A DNA stretch of 64,000 nucleotides from Bacilli bacterium (GTDB lineage Bacteria > Bacillota_I > Bacilli_A > RFN20 > CAG-826). Where the stretch lies: positions 6,674 to 70,673 of the forward strand of contig JAEDDA010000002.1 in assembly GCA_016298185.1 (NCBI GenBank), given 5' to 3'. Both the position numbers and the translations under genes were made by a program. The notes below the pieces were generated by a model. That model had not been told where the DNA came from. It saw nothing but the letters and a program-made list of their open reading frames with translations, and did no database searches. Below, one piece after another: positions 47,611 through 55,121 of this stretch. Numbering within the stretch: the stretch's first letter is position 1; each line of letters begins with the position of its first letter.

Positions 47611-47965
47611 TCCCTGACATCTTTTTTAAAATGATATTGACGAGATCTAATATATAGGCATCAAATGAATCTCCTGTCCTAAGCAAGACATCAAATTTGC
47701 CAAAACATTTAAAAACAGAAATTCTGCGATTAAATATATGTTTGAATGCTTCGATAAGAAAGGTCTTTTTACTTATGAAGTTAAAGATGAATATAGTTTA
47801 AAAGACAAACACGATATCGAATATGTCATCGATTAATATAATCGTTTTCGTATTGATCGTAATTTTTCAATGATGTAGATAGCCTTCTTTTATTTTTCAA
47901 AAATCATTTATATTATTTTTAAAAAATGCCATACTAAAACCGAAACATTAATACAAGTATTAAAT

Positions 47966-48964
47966 ATGATCGAATTAATTCATTTAACTAAATCCTTTAA
48001 AAAGCCTGTGCGTAAGCCTGGTATTATTGGTATGTTCACATCTTTATTTTCTCGTAAATACACAGTAACTACCGCGGTTAACGATATTTCATTTAAGATA
48101 AATGATGGAGAAATCGTTGGTTATATCGGGGCAAATGGAGCAGGTAAATCTACGACGATTAAGATGATGTGCGGGATATTAAATCCCACAAGTGGTAAGG
48201 TTTTACTTAATGGTGTAGAACCTTATAAAAAAAGAAGAGAAATCGCTAAAAGTGTCGGTGTAGTTTTTGGACAAAAAACGCAATTATGGTGGGATATTCC
48301 TTTAATTGAATCTTTTGTCGTCTTGAAAGAAATGTATCAAATTTCTGATCAAGATTATGAAGAAAGAATGGAATTCTTAAAAAGTACATTAGGAATTAGT
48401 GAATTCTTACATCAACCAGTTAGAACTTTATCTTTAGGGCAAAGAATGCGTGCTGATTTAGCGGCTGCTTGGCTACATAATCCATCGATTTTGTTTTTAG
48501 ATGAACCAACTATCGGTTTAGATGTTTTGGTTAAAGAAAAAATTCGTCAAGCAATTAAAACAATGAACAATAAATACCATACCACAGTGATATTAACCAC
48601 TCATGATATGGAAGATATTGAGAATTTATGTTCGAGAATTATCTTAATTGAGAAAGGCGGCATCATTTATGATGGCTCTTTAAAAGATATTAAACATAAA
48701 TTCGGTGACGCGAAGACTATTTCTGTTCCTTATTTTGGCGATTATGATATCACTTCTTTGGATGATTTTAATCAAAAAGTTAAATACGAACTAAAAGATG
48801 AACATTTGTTGATTAAATTTAACGCTGGACAAGTGCCTTTAGAAAATATTGTCAATTATGTTTTCCATCATCTCCATACGCAAGATTTTGTCATCAGCGA
48901 TATTAATATCGAAGATATCGTTAAAGAAATATTAGCGAAAGAAGAAAACCATGAAAAAATATAA
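47966..48964 (+). CDS. ABC transporter ATP-binding protein
   Basis: 332 aa; GANGAGKST, LSLGQRMR, LFLDEPTIGLD; no obvious SD. Confidence 0.9.
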   Translation: MIELIHLTKSFKKPVRKPGIIGMFTSLFSRKYTVTTAVNDISFKINDGEIVGYIGANGAGKSTTIKMMCGILNPTSGKVLLNGVEPYKKRREIAKSVGVVFGQKTQLWWDIPLIESFVVLKEMYQISDQDYEERMEFLKSTLGISEFLHQPVRTLSLGQRMRADLAAAWLHNPSILFLDEPTIGLDVLVKEKIRQAIKTMNNKYHTTVILTTHDMEDIENLCSRIILIEKGGIIYDGSLKDIKHKFGDAKTISVPYFGDYDITSLDDFNQKVKYELKDEHLLIKFNAGQVPLENIVNYVFHHLHTQDFVISDINIEDIVKEILAKEENHEKI

Positions 48965-49805
48965 ACCTTTCTTCCGAGCAGGAATGATTAATTTTCTCGC
49001 TTATCGATTTTCTTTGTTGACTTGGTTAATTGTCACCGCTTTACAAGTGGTGTGCACAGTTTTCCTTTGGCTTGCTGTTTTTAAAACCTCAGCAGAATAT
49101 CAACATATTGATATTAATGAAGTGGTGATTAATGGATTCACATTAAAAAGCGTGATTGTCTATTTTGTTTTTTCTAACATCTTTTCCTTTATCACTTTTG
49201 GCAGTGACACAATGTGGAATATTAATGAGGATATTCGCGAAGGAAAAATCGCTGTTAATATCATTAAACCGATTTCTTATCGCATTAGATTATTGTTTAC
49301 TGCTTTAGGCACTTCTTTTGGTCCAACATTAATTTTTGGAGTTCCTTTGTATATCATTGCTTATACGGTATTTGTTTTGACTAAAATGCTCATTATCACT
49401 AATATTTGGATGTTTTTGTTTAATATTTTAATATTTATAATATTAACAGTGTTAGCTATGATTCTAAGCGACAGCATCCAATTCTTCTTTGGTGTTTTGT
49501 GCTTTTATACATCTAGTGCTTGGGGTTTATCGATGTTAAAGAATACCATCACTAATTTTCTTTCTGGTAGTTTATTACCATTATCATTCTTTAAATTCGG
49601 TCATTTTGATTTATCAAAAATCGTACAATATTTACCATTTGCTGGCTTAGTGCAAAATCCGATATTAGTGTTGATTAATCAGTCGACAATCAACCAAAGC
49701 ATTCATTATGTCGGATTATCGCTTGCCTGGATTATTATTTTCGAAATAATAAATAAATTGAGTTTTATGCGCGCTTCAAAAGCGATCACGGTACAAGGAG
49801 GATAA
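48951..49805 (+). CDS. ABC-2 type transporter permease
   Basis: 284 aa, 6 TM; overlaps the ATPase gene by 14 nt. Confidence 0.8.
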   Translation: MKKYKPFFRAGMINFLAYRFSLLTWLIVTALQVVCTVFLWLAVFKTSAEYQHIDINEVVINGFTLKSVIVYFVFSNIFSFITFGSDTMWNINEDIREGKIAVNIIKPISYRIRLLFTALGTSFGPTLIFGVPLYIIAYTVFVLTKMLIITNIWMFLFNILIFIILTVLAMILSDSIQFFFGVLCFYTSSAWGLSMLKNTITNFLSGSLLPLSFFKFGHFDLSKIVQYLPFAGLVQNPILVLINQSTINQSIHYVGLSLAWIIIFEIINKLSFMRASKAITVQGG

Positions 49806-49806
49806 T

Positions 49807-50625
49807 ATGGGACATTACATCAAATTATATTTTCTTTGTATCAAAAGAAGCATCATTGCGAAATTAGAATATAAAAAAGACACATTAATCGCATTATTCA
49901 GCTTCGTAATTGCAAATCTTTGTTCCATTTTATCGATTTATTTTTTAGTAAATTCGATTCCTGCATTATCAGAAAATGGGAATAATTGGTCGATATATCA
50001 AATCGGCTTCTTATATGGCTTTTCGATGATTCCGGTTGGAATTGACCATCTTTTTAGTGATGAGTTTTGGTTAGTGGCGTATCGTCGCGTAAGAAACGGA
50101 ACATTAGATCCAGTCTTTTTAAGACCGGCACCTATTATGTTTCAAATCTTTGCCGAAACATTCCAGCCAGAAGGATTTGGGGAATTAATTGTTGGAACCG
50201 CAATGTTAATATTGTGTGGTTTTAATACATCAATCAATTGGAGCTTCCCTTTAATATTCATGTTGATTGTCGCTTCGATATTTGGAGCAATAATCATCAC
50301 CTCTTTAAAAATTATTTTCTCTGGACTAGCATTTGTTTTTAAAACATCTGGCCCTTTATTGCAAGTGGTCTATAATTTTATCTCTTATACAAAATACCCC
50401 ATCGGTATTTATCCATATTTTTTAAGAGCAATGTTAATATTTATTTTCCCGTTTGGCATTATTATCTCTTATCCGATTCAAACTTTATTTTTTGGTAATG
50501 TCTATTCGTGGCTTAATCCTTGGACGCTAAGTTTAATAATCGTTGTCGTTGCGATATTATTCTTCTTTATCGCGATTGTGTCTTGGTCACTTTGCGTTAA
50601 AAAATACGAATCAACCGGTTCATAA
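49807..50625 (+). CDS. ABC-2 type transporter permease (paralogous partner)
   Basis: 272 aa, 6 TM; starts 2 nt after previous stop with GGAGGA SD. Confidence 0.8.
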   Translation: MGHYIKLYFLCIKRSIIAKLEYKKDTLIALFSFVIANLCSILSIYFLVNSIPALSENGNNWSIYQIGFLYGFSMIPVGIDHLFSDEFWLVAYRRVRNGTLDPVFLRPAPIMFQIFAETFQPEGFGELIVGTAMLILCGFNTSINWSFPLIFMLIVASIFGAIIITSLKIIFSGLAFVFKTSGPLLQVVYNFISYTKYPIGIYPYFLRAMLIFIFPFGIIISYPIQTLFFGNVYSWLNPWTLSLIIVVVAILFFFIAIVSWSLCVKKYESTGS

Positions 50626-50652
50626 ATAATAATTTTATACATAGTATAATAA

Positions 50653-50895
50653 ACACCATTTGATTATCAAGATGATGAAAATGTCCGCGATAAATTTGGG
50701 CATAACATTAATGAAGAAGTCAAAAAATGCAAGAAAGAAAAAATGCTCGCTATTATTCAAACCTTGAAGAACGAGCCAGACTCTATCCTAAAATGGGATA
50801 AGAGAATTTGGATAATGATGGTGAAGAATGCAAATGTCCATAGAGATAAAAGCATTACATTCAAGTTCTATTGCGGTGAAGAAGTTAGAGTTTAA
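50653..50895 (+). pseudogene. C-terminal remnant of a large serine recombinase
   Basis: 80-codon frame without usable start: ...EPDSILKWDKRIWIMMVKNANVHRDKSITFKFYCGEEVRV*. It resembles the conserved ...W..LV.K..V..D..I.F.F..G.E.. tail of large serine recombinases. No catalytic domain upstream. Confidence 0.5.
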
Positions 50896-50919
50896 CAGCT
50901 CTAGCTTTTTCGATATAAT
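50892..50919 (+). promoter_or_regulatory. candidate orphan promoter
   Basis: TTAACA (50892-50897), 16-nt spacer, TATAAT (50914-50919). Confidence 0.35.
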
Positions 50920-50943
50920 AACTTTATAAAACACTCTTAAACC

Positions 50944-50980
50944 ATAGGGGTATGCAAAAAACACCTAGGGTATGCAGTGT
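50944..50980 (+). repeat. direct repeats sharing a TATGCA core (third copy at 51108-51120)
   Basis: ccATAGGGGTATGCA (50942-50956), ccTAGGGTATGCAGTGT (50964-50980), gatTATGCAGTGTg (51108-51120). Confidence 0.5.
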
Positions 50981-51015
50981 ATCAAAATGGGTAAACGGAG
51001 GCATTATAGAGATGC

Positions 51016-51051
51016 AGAGATAATACGTAGTTATTGTCTCTTTTATTTTTT
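51016..51051 (+). terminator. rho-independent terminator with no ORF upstream
   Basis: AGAGATAATA-cgtagt-TATTGTCTCT 10-bp stem (one G-U) followed by TTTTATTTTTT. Confidence 0.6.
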
Positions 51052-51071
51052 AAGGTTTTTGGATTAAAACA

Positions 51072-51090
51072 AATAGTATAAAATACTATT
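51072..51090. repeat. perfect palindrome AATAGTAT-AAA-ATACTATT
   Basis: 8-bp arms read directly; about 130 nt upstream of the CBS gene. Confidence 0.3.
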
Positions 51091-51220
51091 AGATTTAATA
51101 TAAACCGATTATGCAGTGTGCTATGTTTTATAAGGAAAAAGACAATAAAGCATACATTAACGCGAATTTTTTACAAATGCTGTTTCATGTATAATAATAA
51201 AAAAAGGATGAGATAATGTT

Positions 51221-51634
51221 ATGAATTTGTTCAATTTTTTTACCCCAAAAGACAAAACATTCTATTTGTTGTCAAATTCTACCATTAGACAAGCTTTAGA
51301 AAAATTTGATGCTCATAAGTTCAGTGTTGTGTCTTTACTAGATGATGATGGAAGGTTTGTAGGAACCGTTTCCGAAGGTGACATTTTGAGATTCATTAAG
51401 AACGTATATAACTTTGATATCAGCAGAGCTGAAAACATAAAAATCTCGGAAATTGAAAAATATAGACCCTATTCTGCAATCAATGTTGAAAGTTCTATTG
51501 ATGATGCGATAACTCTTGCGCTAGACCAAAACTTTGTACCGGTTGTAGATGATAGAGGAATATACATAGGTATTTTAAAAAGAAAAACCATCTTAGAATA
51601 TTTGATAGCTAAAAATATCGAAAAAAATAATTAA
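51221..51634 (+). CDS. stand-alone CBS-pair domain protein
   Basis: 137 aa; two CBS-like repeats (VVSLLDDDGRFVGTVSEGDILRF; VPVVDDRGIYIGILKRKTILEY); extended -10 TGTATAAT at 51188-51195. Confidence 0.8.
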   Translation: MNLFNFFTPKDKTFYLLSNSTIRQALEKFDAHKFSVVSLLDDDGRFVGTVSEGDILRFIKNVYNFDISRAENIKISEIEKYRPYSAINVESSIDDAITLALDQNFVPVVDDRGIYIGILKRKTILEYLIAKNIEKNN

Positions 51635-51738
51635 AAATTATCAAATAGCATTAGAACGCTATCTTTACACGACTTGAACTTAATAAAAGTATTAGAAAGT
51701 GGTATTCTTCTTGTATCAAAATTAAAACATCTATATTG

Positions 51739-51764
51739 AAGCGGGGAAATACCTCGCTTTTTTG
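51739..51764 (+). terminator. rho-independent terminator
   Basis: AAGCGGGG-aaata-CCTCGCTT then TTTTT. Confidence 0.7.
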
Positions 51765-51917
51765 TTGATGCTTTCTAGAAAATATATTAAAAATCTATTA
51801 ATTATTACTACACCGTTCATGTACGTTTGTCATATTCCTTTATATGCAATATTTATAATAACGTTTGCTATATTCCAACAAAAATTGATCTTCCTAGCAC
51901 AACAATGAAGAATTTAT

Positions 51918-52229
51918 TTGGAACATTTCTTGGTTTATACGCTTAAATTTTTCTGTTATTGGCGAGTTCTCTATTTTAAAGGCAAAGAATCGCCCACTAA
52001 GACGACAATGGCGTTAATTCCTTTGATGATATGCACAACATATGTGTATATGCTTGCGACAAGTTTGTCTGATATTTCTTGGGCAGTTCATTCATTAATA
52101 AAAAGAGAACCAATTAATAAAGGATTACTAATTACCTCAATGGTATTACAATTCTTCTTCTGTTTAGACATCGCTGGTGCGATTATGCATTATGCCGCAG
52201 AAAGAAATATGATTAAGAACTCCCATTAG
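51918..52229 (+). CDS. possible small membrane protein or truncated gene (start uncertain; ATG at 52008 more plausible than TTG 51918)
   Basis: Two hydrophobic segments in the last 73 codons; stop embedded in a terminator hairpin; no SD seen. Confidence 0.3.
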   Translation: MEHFLVYTLKFFCYWRVLYFKGKESPTKTTMALIPLMICTTYVYMLATSLSDISWAVHSLIKREPINKGLLITSMVLQFFFCLDIAGAIMHYAAERNMIKNSH

Positions 52230-52243
52230 GGAGTTTTCTTTTA
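52218..52243 (+). terminator. rho-independent terminator
   Basis: AACTCCC-atta-GGGAGTT then TTCTTTT. Confidence 0.6.
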
Positions 52244-52268
52244 TATAAATAATTTTATCGAAAAATGT

Positions 52269-52298
52269 TTGACAAGTTAACTTGGCGGGATTTACTAT
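52269..52298 (+). promoter_or_regulatory. candidate promoter of membrane-protein/XRE pair
   Basis: TTGACA (52269-52274), 18-nt spacer, TACTAT (52293-52298). Confidence 0.45.
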
Positions 52299-52338
52299 AT
52301 TGCTGTACCAAGCGAACTTGGCAAAAGGAGATAAGATT

Positions 52339-52665
52339 ATGGAAAGAGAAGAAATCTTAGCAAAAGCTCAAAAAGAAAATAAAGGTAAAGATATAGTGGA
52401 ATTAGACGCGCAAAAAAGAAGTACCTATGTTGCCTTCACAGTGAGTGGTCTATTAATCATCGCTATTGCAATTGTGGAATTCATCGTTACTAAAAGATTT
52501 CCATTCGGTGTTATTGCTGGATTACAAGGCATGCTTGCGACTGCTTTCCTTGTTAAATACATTACATTAAGAAAGAAACATGAATTAGTGGTGACCATCT
52601 GCTATAGCTTATTATTTGTCGGATTTTTGGCTTTATGGATTTATCAATTAATTAAGGGGTTATAA
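52339..52665 (+). CDS. small 3-TM membrane protein partnered with an XRE regulator
   Basis: AAAGGAG SD 8 nt before ATG 52339 (MEREEILAKAQ...). The ORF-track TTG 52282 lies inside the predicted promoter. Confidence 0.65.
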   Translation: MEREEILAKAQKENKGKDIVELDAQKRSTYVAFTVSGLLIIAIAIVEFIVTKRFPFGVIAGLQGMLATAFLVKYITLRKKHELVVTICYSLLFVGFLALWIYQLIKGL

Positions 52666-52666
52666 T

Positions 52667-52873
52667 ATGGATGAATCATTAGTTCTACATAATAATGTAG
52701 CGGAAGCGAGAAAAGAGCAAAAACTGTCTCAATCTGAACTCGCCTCATTAGTGGGTGTTTCAAGAAACACAATTAGTTCTATAGAAACCGGACAATATCA
52801 ACCAACCGCCAAACTTGCATTATTGTTATGCGTTGCGTTAAAAAAGAAATTCGAAGAGTTATTCTATTTCTAA
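52667..52873 (+). CDS. XRE-family helix-turn-helix transcriptional regulator
   Basis: 68 aa; LSQSELASLVGVSRNTISSIETGQ HTH; start 2 nt after previous stop. Confidence 0.85.
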   Translation: MDESLVLHNNVAEARKEQKLSQSELASLVGVSRNTISSIETGQYQPTAKLALLLCVALKKKFEELFYF

Positions 52874-52876
52874 TAT

Positions 52877-52910
52877 GAGGCATTCTTAATTCGGAATGTC
52901 TTTTTATTTT
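52877..52910 (+). terminator. rho-independent terminator
   Basis: GAGGCATTC-(8 nt)-GAATGTCTT stem with G-U pairs then TTTTATTTT; contains the ORF-track ATG 52896. Confidence 0.6.
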
Positions 52911-52943
52911 CCCTATGATAAAATAAATACAGAGGTAATAAGT

Positions 52944-53846
52944 ATGTCAAAAGAAGAATTATCACTTTTAAGTGAGGAGGGATATACTCTTTCGTTATGT
53001 GTTTATTCCGCTGTTCACGCTAAAGGAAATATTATGTTCGTGCATGGCATGGAAGAACATAAAGAAAGATATGATGAATTTGCATCATTCCTACAAGAAC
53101 ATGGTTATAACATCGTTTTAAGTGATTTAAGAGGTCATGGTAAAAATGCTCCGTTGTTATCTCATATCGCTGATAAAGATGGAGATAAGTTACTCCTTGA
53201 AGATCAAAAGAAAATCAGAAAATTTATGGAAGAAAAATTTCCTAATTTACCAAATATGATTTTTGCTCACTCAATGGGCACAATTATTACTCGTAATTTA
53301 TTACAAGAATGCTCTAATGATTTCACAAAAGTAGCATTAAGCGGATATGTTAATCCTAATGGTGCATCTGGTATCGCAGTGGCCTTAGGCAACATAATTA
53401 AAGCCTTTAAAAAACCAAAAGGCCATTCCAAGATGTTAACCAATTTAACCACCGGCTCATTTAATAGAGCGGTGAAGAATCCAAAGACCGACTCTGACTG
53501 GATTTCATATAATGAAGAGAATATCCAAAAGTTTGTTGATGACCCACTTTGTGGTGCGGAATTTACCGTTGGTAGTTACTGCGCATTATTTAGACTTTTA
53601 CATAACATGGCTAAGGTAAAGAGATATAAAAATGTAAATTCTGAATTACCATTCTTGCTCATCTCTGGTAAAGACGATCCATGTACTGGTGGAGAAAAAG
53701 GTAGAAATGCTTCTTTAAAGGTTCTCCAAAAAGCGGGATTCAAAGATATTTCTGTAGTCACATTTGATGGCATGAGACATGAAATTTTAAACGAAGTAGA
53801 TAAACAAAAAGTCTATGACGAAATTCTCTCATTCTTTGATAAATAG
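52944..53846 (+). CDS. alpha/beta hydrolase (lysophospholipase / monoacylglycerol lipase-like)
   Basis: GAGG SD before ATG 52944 (MSKEELSLL...); HGMEEH oxyanion region, nucleophile elbow AHSMGT, C-terminal GMRHEIL. Confidence 0.85.
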   Translation: MSKEELSLLSEEGYTLSLCVYSAVHAKGNIMFVHGMEEHKERYDEFASFLQEHGYNIVLSDLRGHGKNAPLLSHIADKDGDKLLLEDQKKIRKFMEEKFPNLPNMIFAHSMGTIITRNLLQECSNDFTKVALSGYVNPNGASGIAVALGNIIKAFKKPKGHSKMLTNLTTGSFNRAVKNPKTDSDWISYNEENIQKFVDDPLCGAEFTVGSYCALFRLLHNMAKVKRYKNVNSELPFLLISGKDDPCTGGEKGRNASLKVLQKAGFKDISVVTFDGMRHEILNEVDKQKVYDEILSFFDK

Positions 53847-54010
53847 TTATATTTTAAAAAATGTGTTATAGTTCATATGAGCCTCCTTAGTTTTATGTTT
53901 TGCTATCTAAATTATAGAGGCTCTTTTTAATTGAAAAAATTTAAAAGCTATCAAAAAGAACGGGGTAGGCTTCCTGTTACTCCACGTTTAATTTGAAAGG
54001 ACCAGAAAAC

Positions 54011-54034
54011 ACAACCCTATGGGTTGTTTTTTTC
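54011..54034 (+). terminator. rho-independent terminator in the hydrolase/degV spacer
   Basis: ACAACCC-tat-GGGTTGT then TTTTTTT. Confidence 0.7.
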
Positions 54035-54144
54035 TTATTTCCCTTTAGTAGAGAAGACTACTGACTTAATAGAGTTATATGAATGAATCGTAGATTGCAT
54101 TATATAATGGACTTTGACACAATCTTTCTAGCGAGGTGAAAATT

Positions 54145-55089
54145 ATGGGAGTTAAGATTTATGCCGATGCTGGAAGTAACCTCTTTCCAGAAGTATTAAA
54201 AGCGAAAGACTTAGATATTAAAGTCGTGAGAATGAAACTCTATATTAGAGATCAAGAATATAACTGCTATGATGAGAACTTTAATACTAAAGAAATAAGC
54301 AAATTATTTTATGAAGAACTAAGTGGGAATAATAACATTCGCACTAGTTTAATTAATCCAAACGATTATTTAGAAGCATTTAAAGATGATATCTCTAAAG
54401 GACATCAAATTATATGCGTCACAATGGCAAAAGGTATTTCTGGTACCTATCAATCCGCTTGTATTGCTAGAGATATGATCAATGAAGAATTAGGAAGAGA
54501 AATGGTGTATGTTCTAGATTCCGCAACCGCGGGATTTGGTGAAGGTATTCAAGCCATTAAACTTGCTAAGGAAGCAGAATATGGAAAAGACTTTTCTTCT
54601 TTAGTAAAAGAAGCAGAAGAATTTAAATATAAAGTTAGAAGCGAATTTACCGTCGATGATATTAACTTTTTAGCGAGAACCGGAAGAGTGAATAAAGTTG
54701 TTGCCAAAATCGCTAATGCATTAAAAATTAAAGTCTTATTAAAAGGTAGCAATGAATCCACAATTGTATCTACCGCGAAAGTTCCTGGTAGAAAGTTATG
54801 TTTAAAGAAACTTGCAAAGCAATGTGTTGATTATATTAGAAAACCAGAGAAACAAACCGTTTATATCACACATTGTAATTGTTTAGATGATGCGAATAAG
54901 ATGAAAGACGAATTAACAAAAAACGGAATTAACAACGTGGAAATTTATGATTACGATTTAGTAACAGGAAGTCACTTAGGGCCAAATGCCTTAGCCATCT
55001 TCTATGTCGGTGATAATAGAGAATTCGATAAAGGCTTATCCTTATCGCTTAATAAGGAAAAAGTAAGACAAAACAAATTAGCAAAATAA
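54145..55089 (+). CDS. DegV family fatty-acid-binding protein
   Basis: GAGGTG SD before ATG 54145 (MGVKIYADAGSNL...); GISGTYQSA block typical of DegV. Confidence 0.85.
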   Translation: MGVKIYADAGSNLFPEVLKAKDLDIKVVRMKLYIRDQEYNCYDENFNTKEISKLFYEELSGNNNIRTSLINPNDYLEAFKDDISKGHQIICVTMAKGISGTYQSACIARDMINEELGREMVYVLDSATAGFGEGIQAIKLAKEAEYGKDFSSLVKEAEEFKYKVRSEFTVDDINFLARTGRVNKVVAKIANALKIKVLLKGSNESTIVSTAKVPGRKLCLKKLAKQCVDYIRKPEKQTVYITHCNCLDDANKMKDELTKNGINNVEIYDYDLVTGSHLGPNALAIFYVGDNREFDKGLSLSLNKEKVRQNKLAK

Positions 55090-55120
55090 AAAGTCGGACC
55101 GATTGGTTCGACTTTCTTTT
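55089..55120. terminator. bidirectional terminator between convergent degV and COG0523 genes
   Basis: AAAAGTCGGACC-gatt-GGTTCGACTTT with A-run upstream and T-run downstream. Confidence 0.75.
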
Positions 55121-55121
55121 A

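Noticed and set aside
53850-53900. Minus-strand TAAGGAGG-ATG mini-ORF (MNYNTFFKI*)
   Set aside because: It has only 9 codons and runs antisense into the 3' end of the hydrolase gene. The SD-like sequence is simply the complement of one arm of the GAGCCTC/GAGGCTC hairpin.
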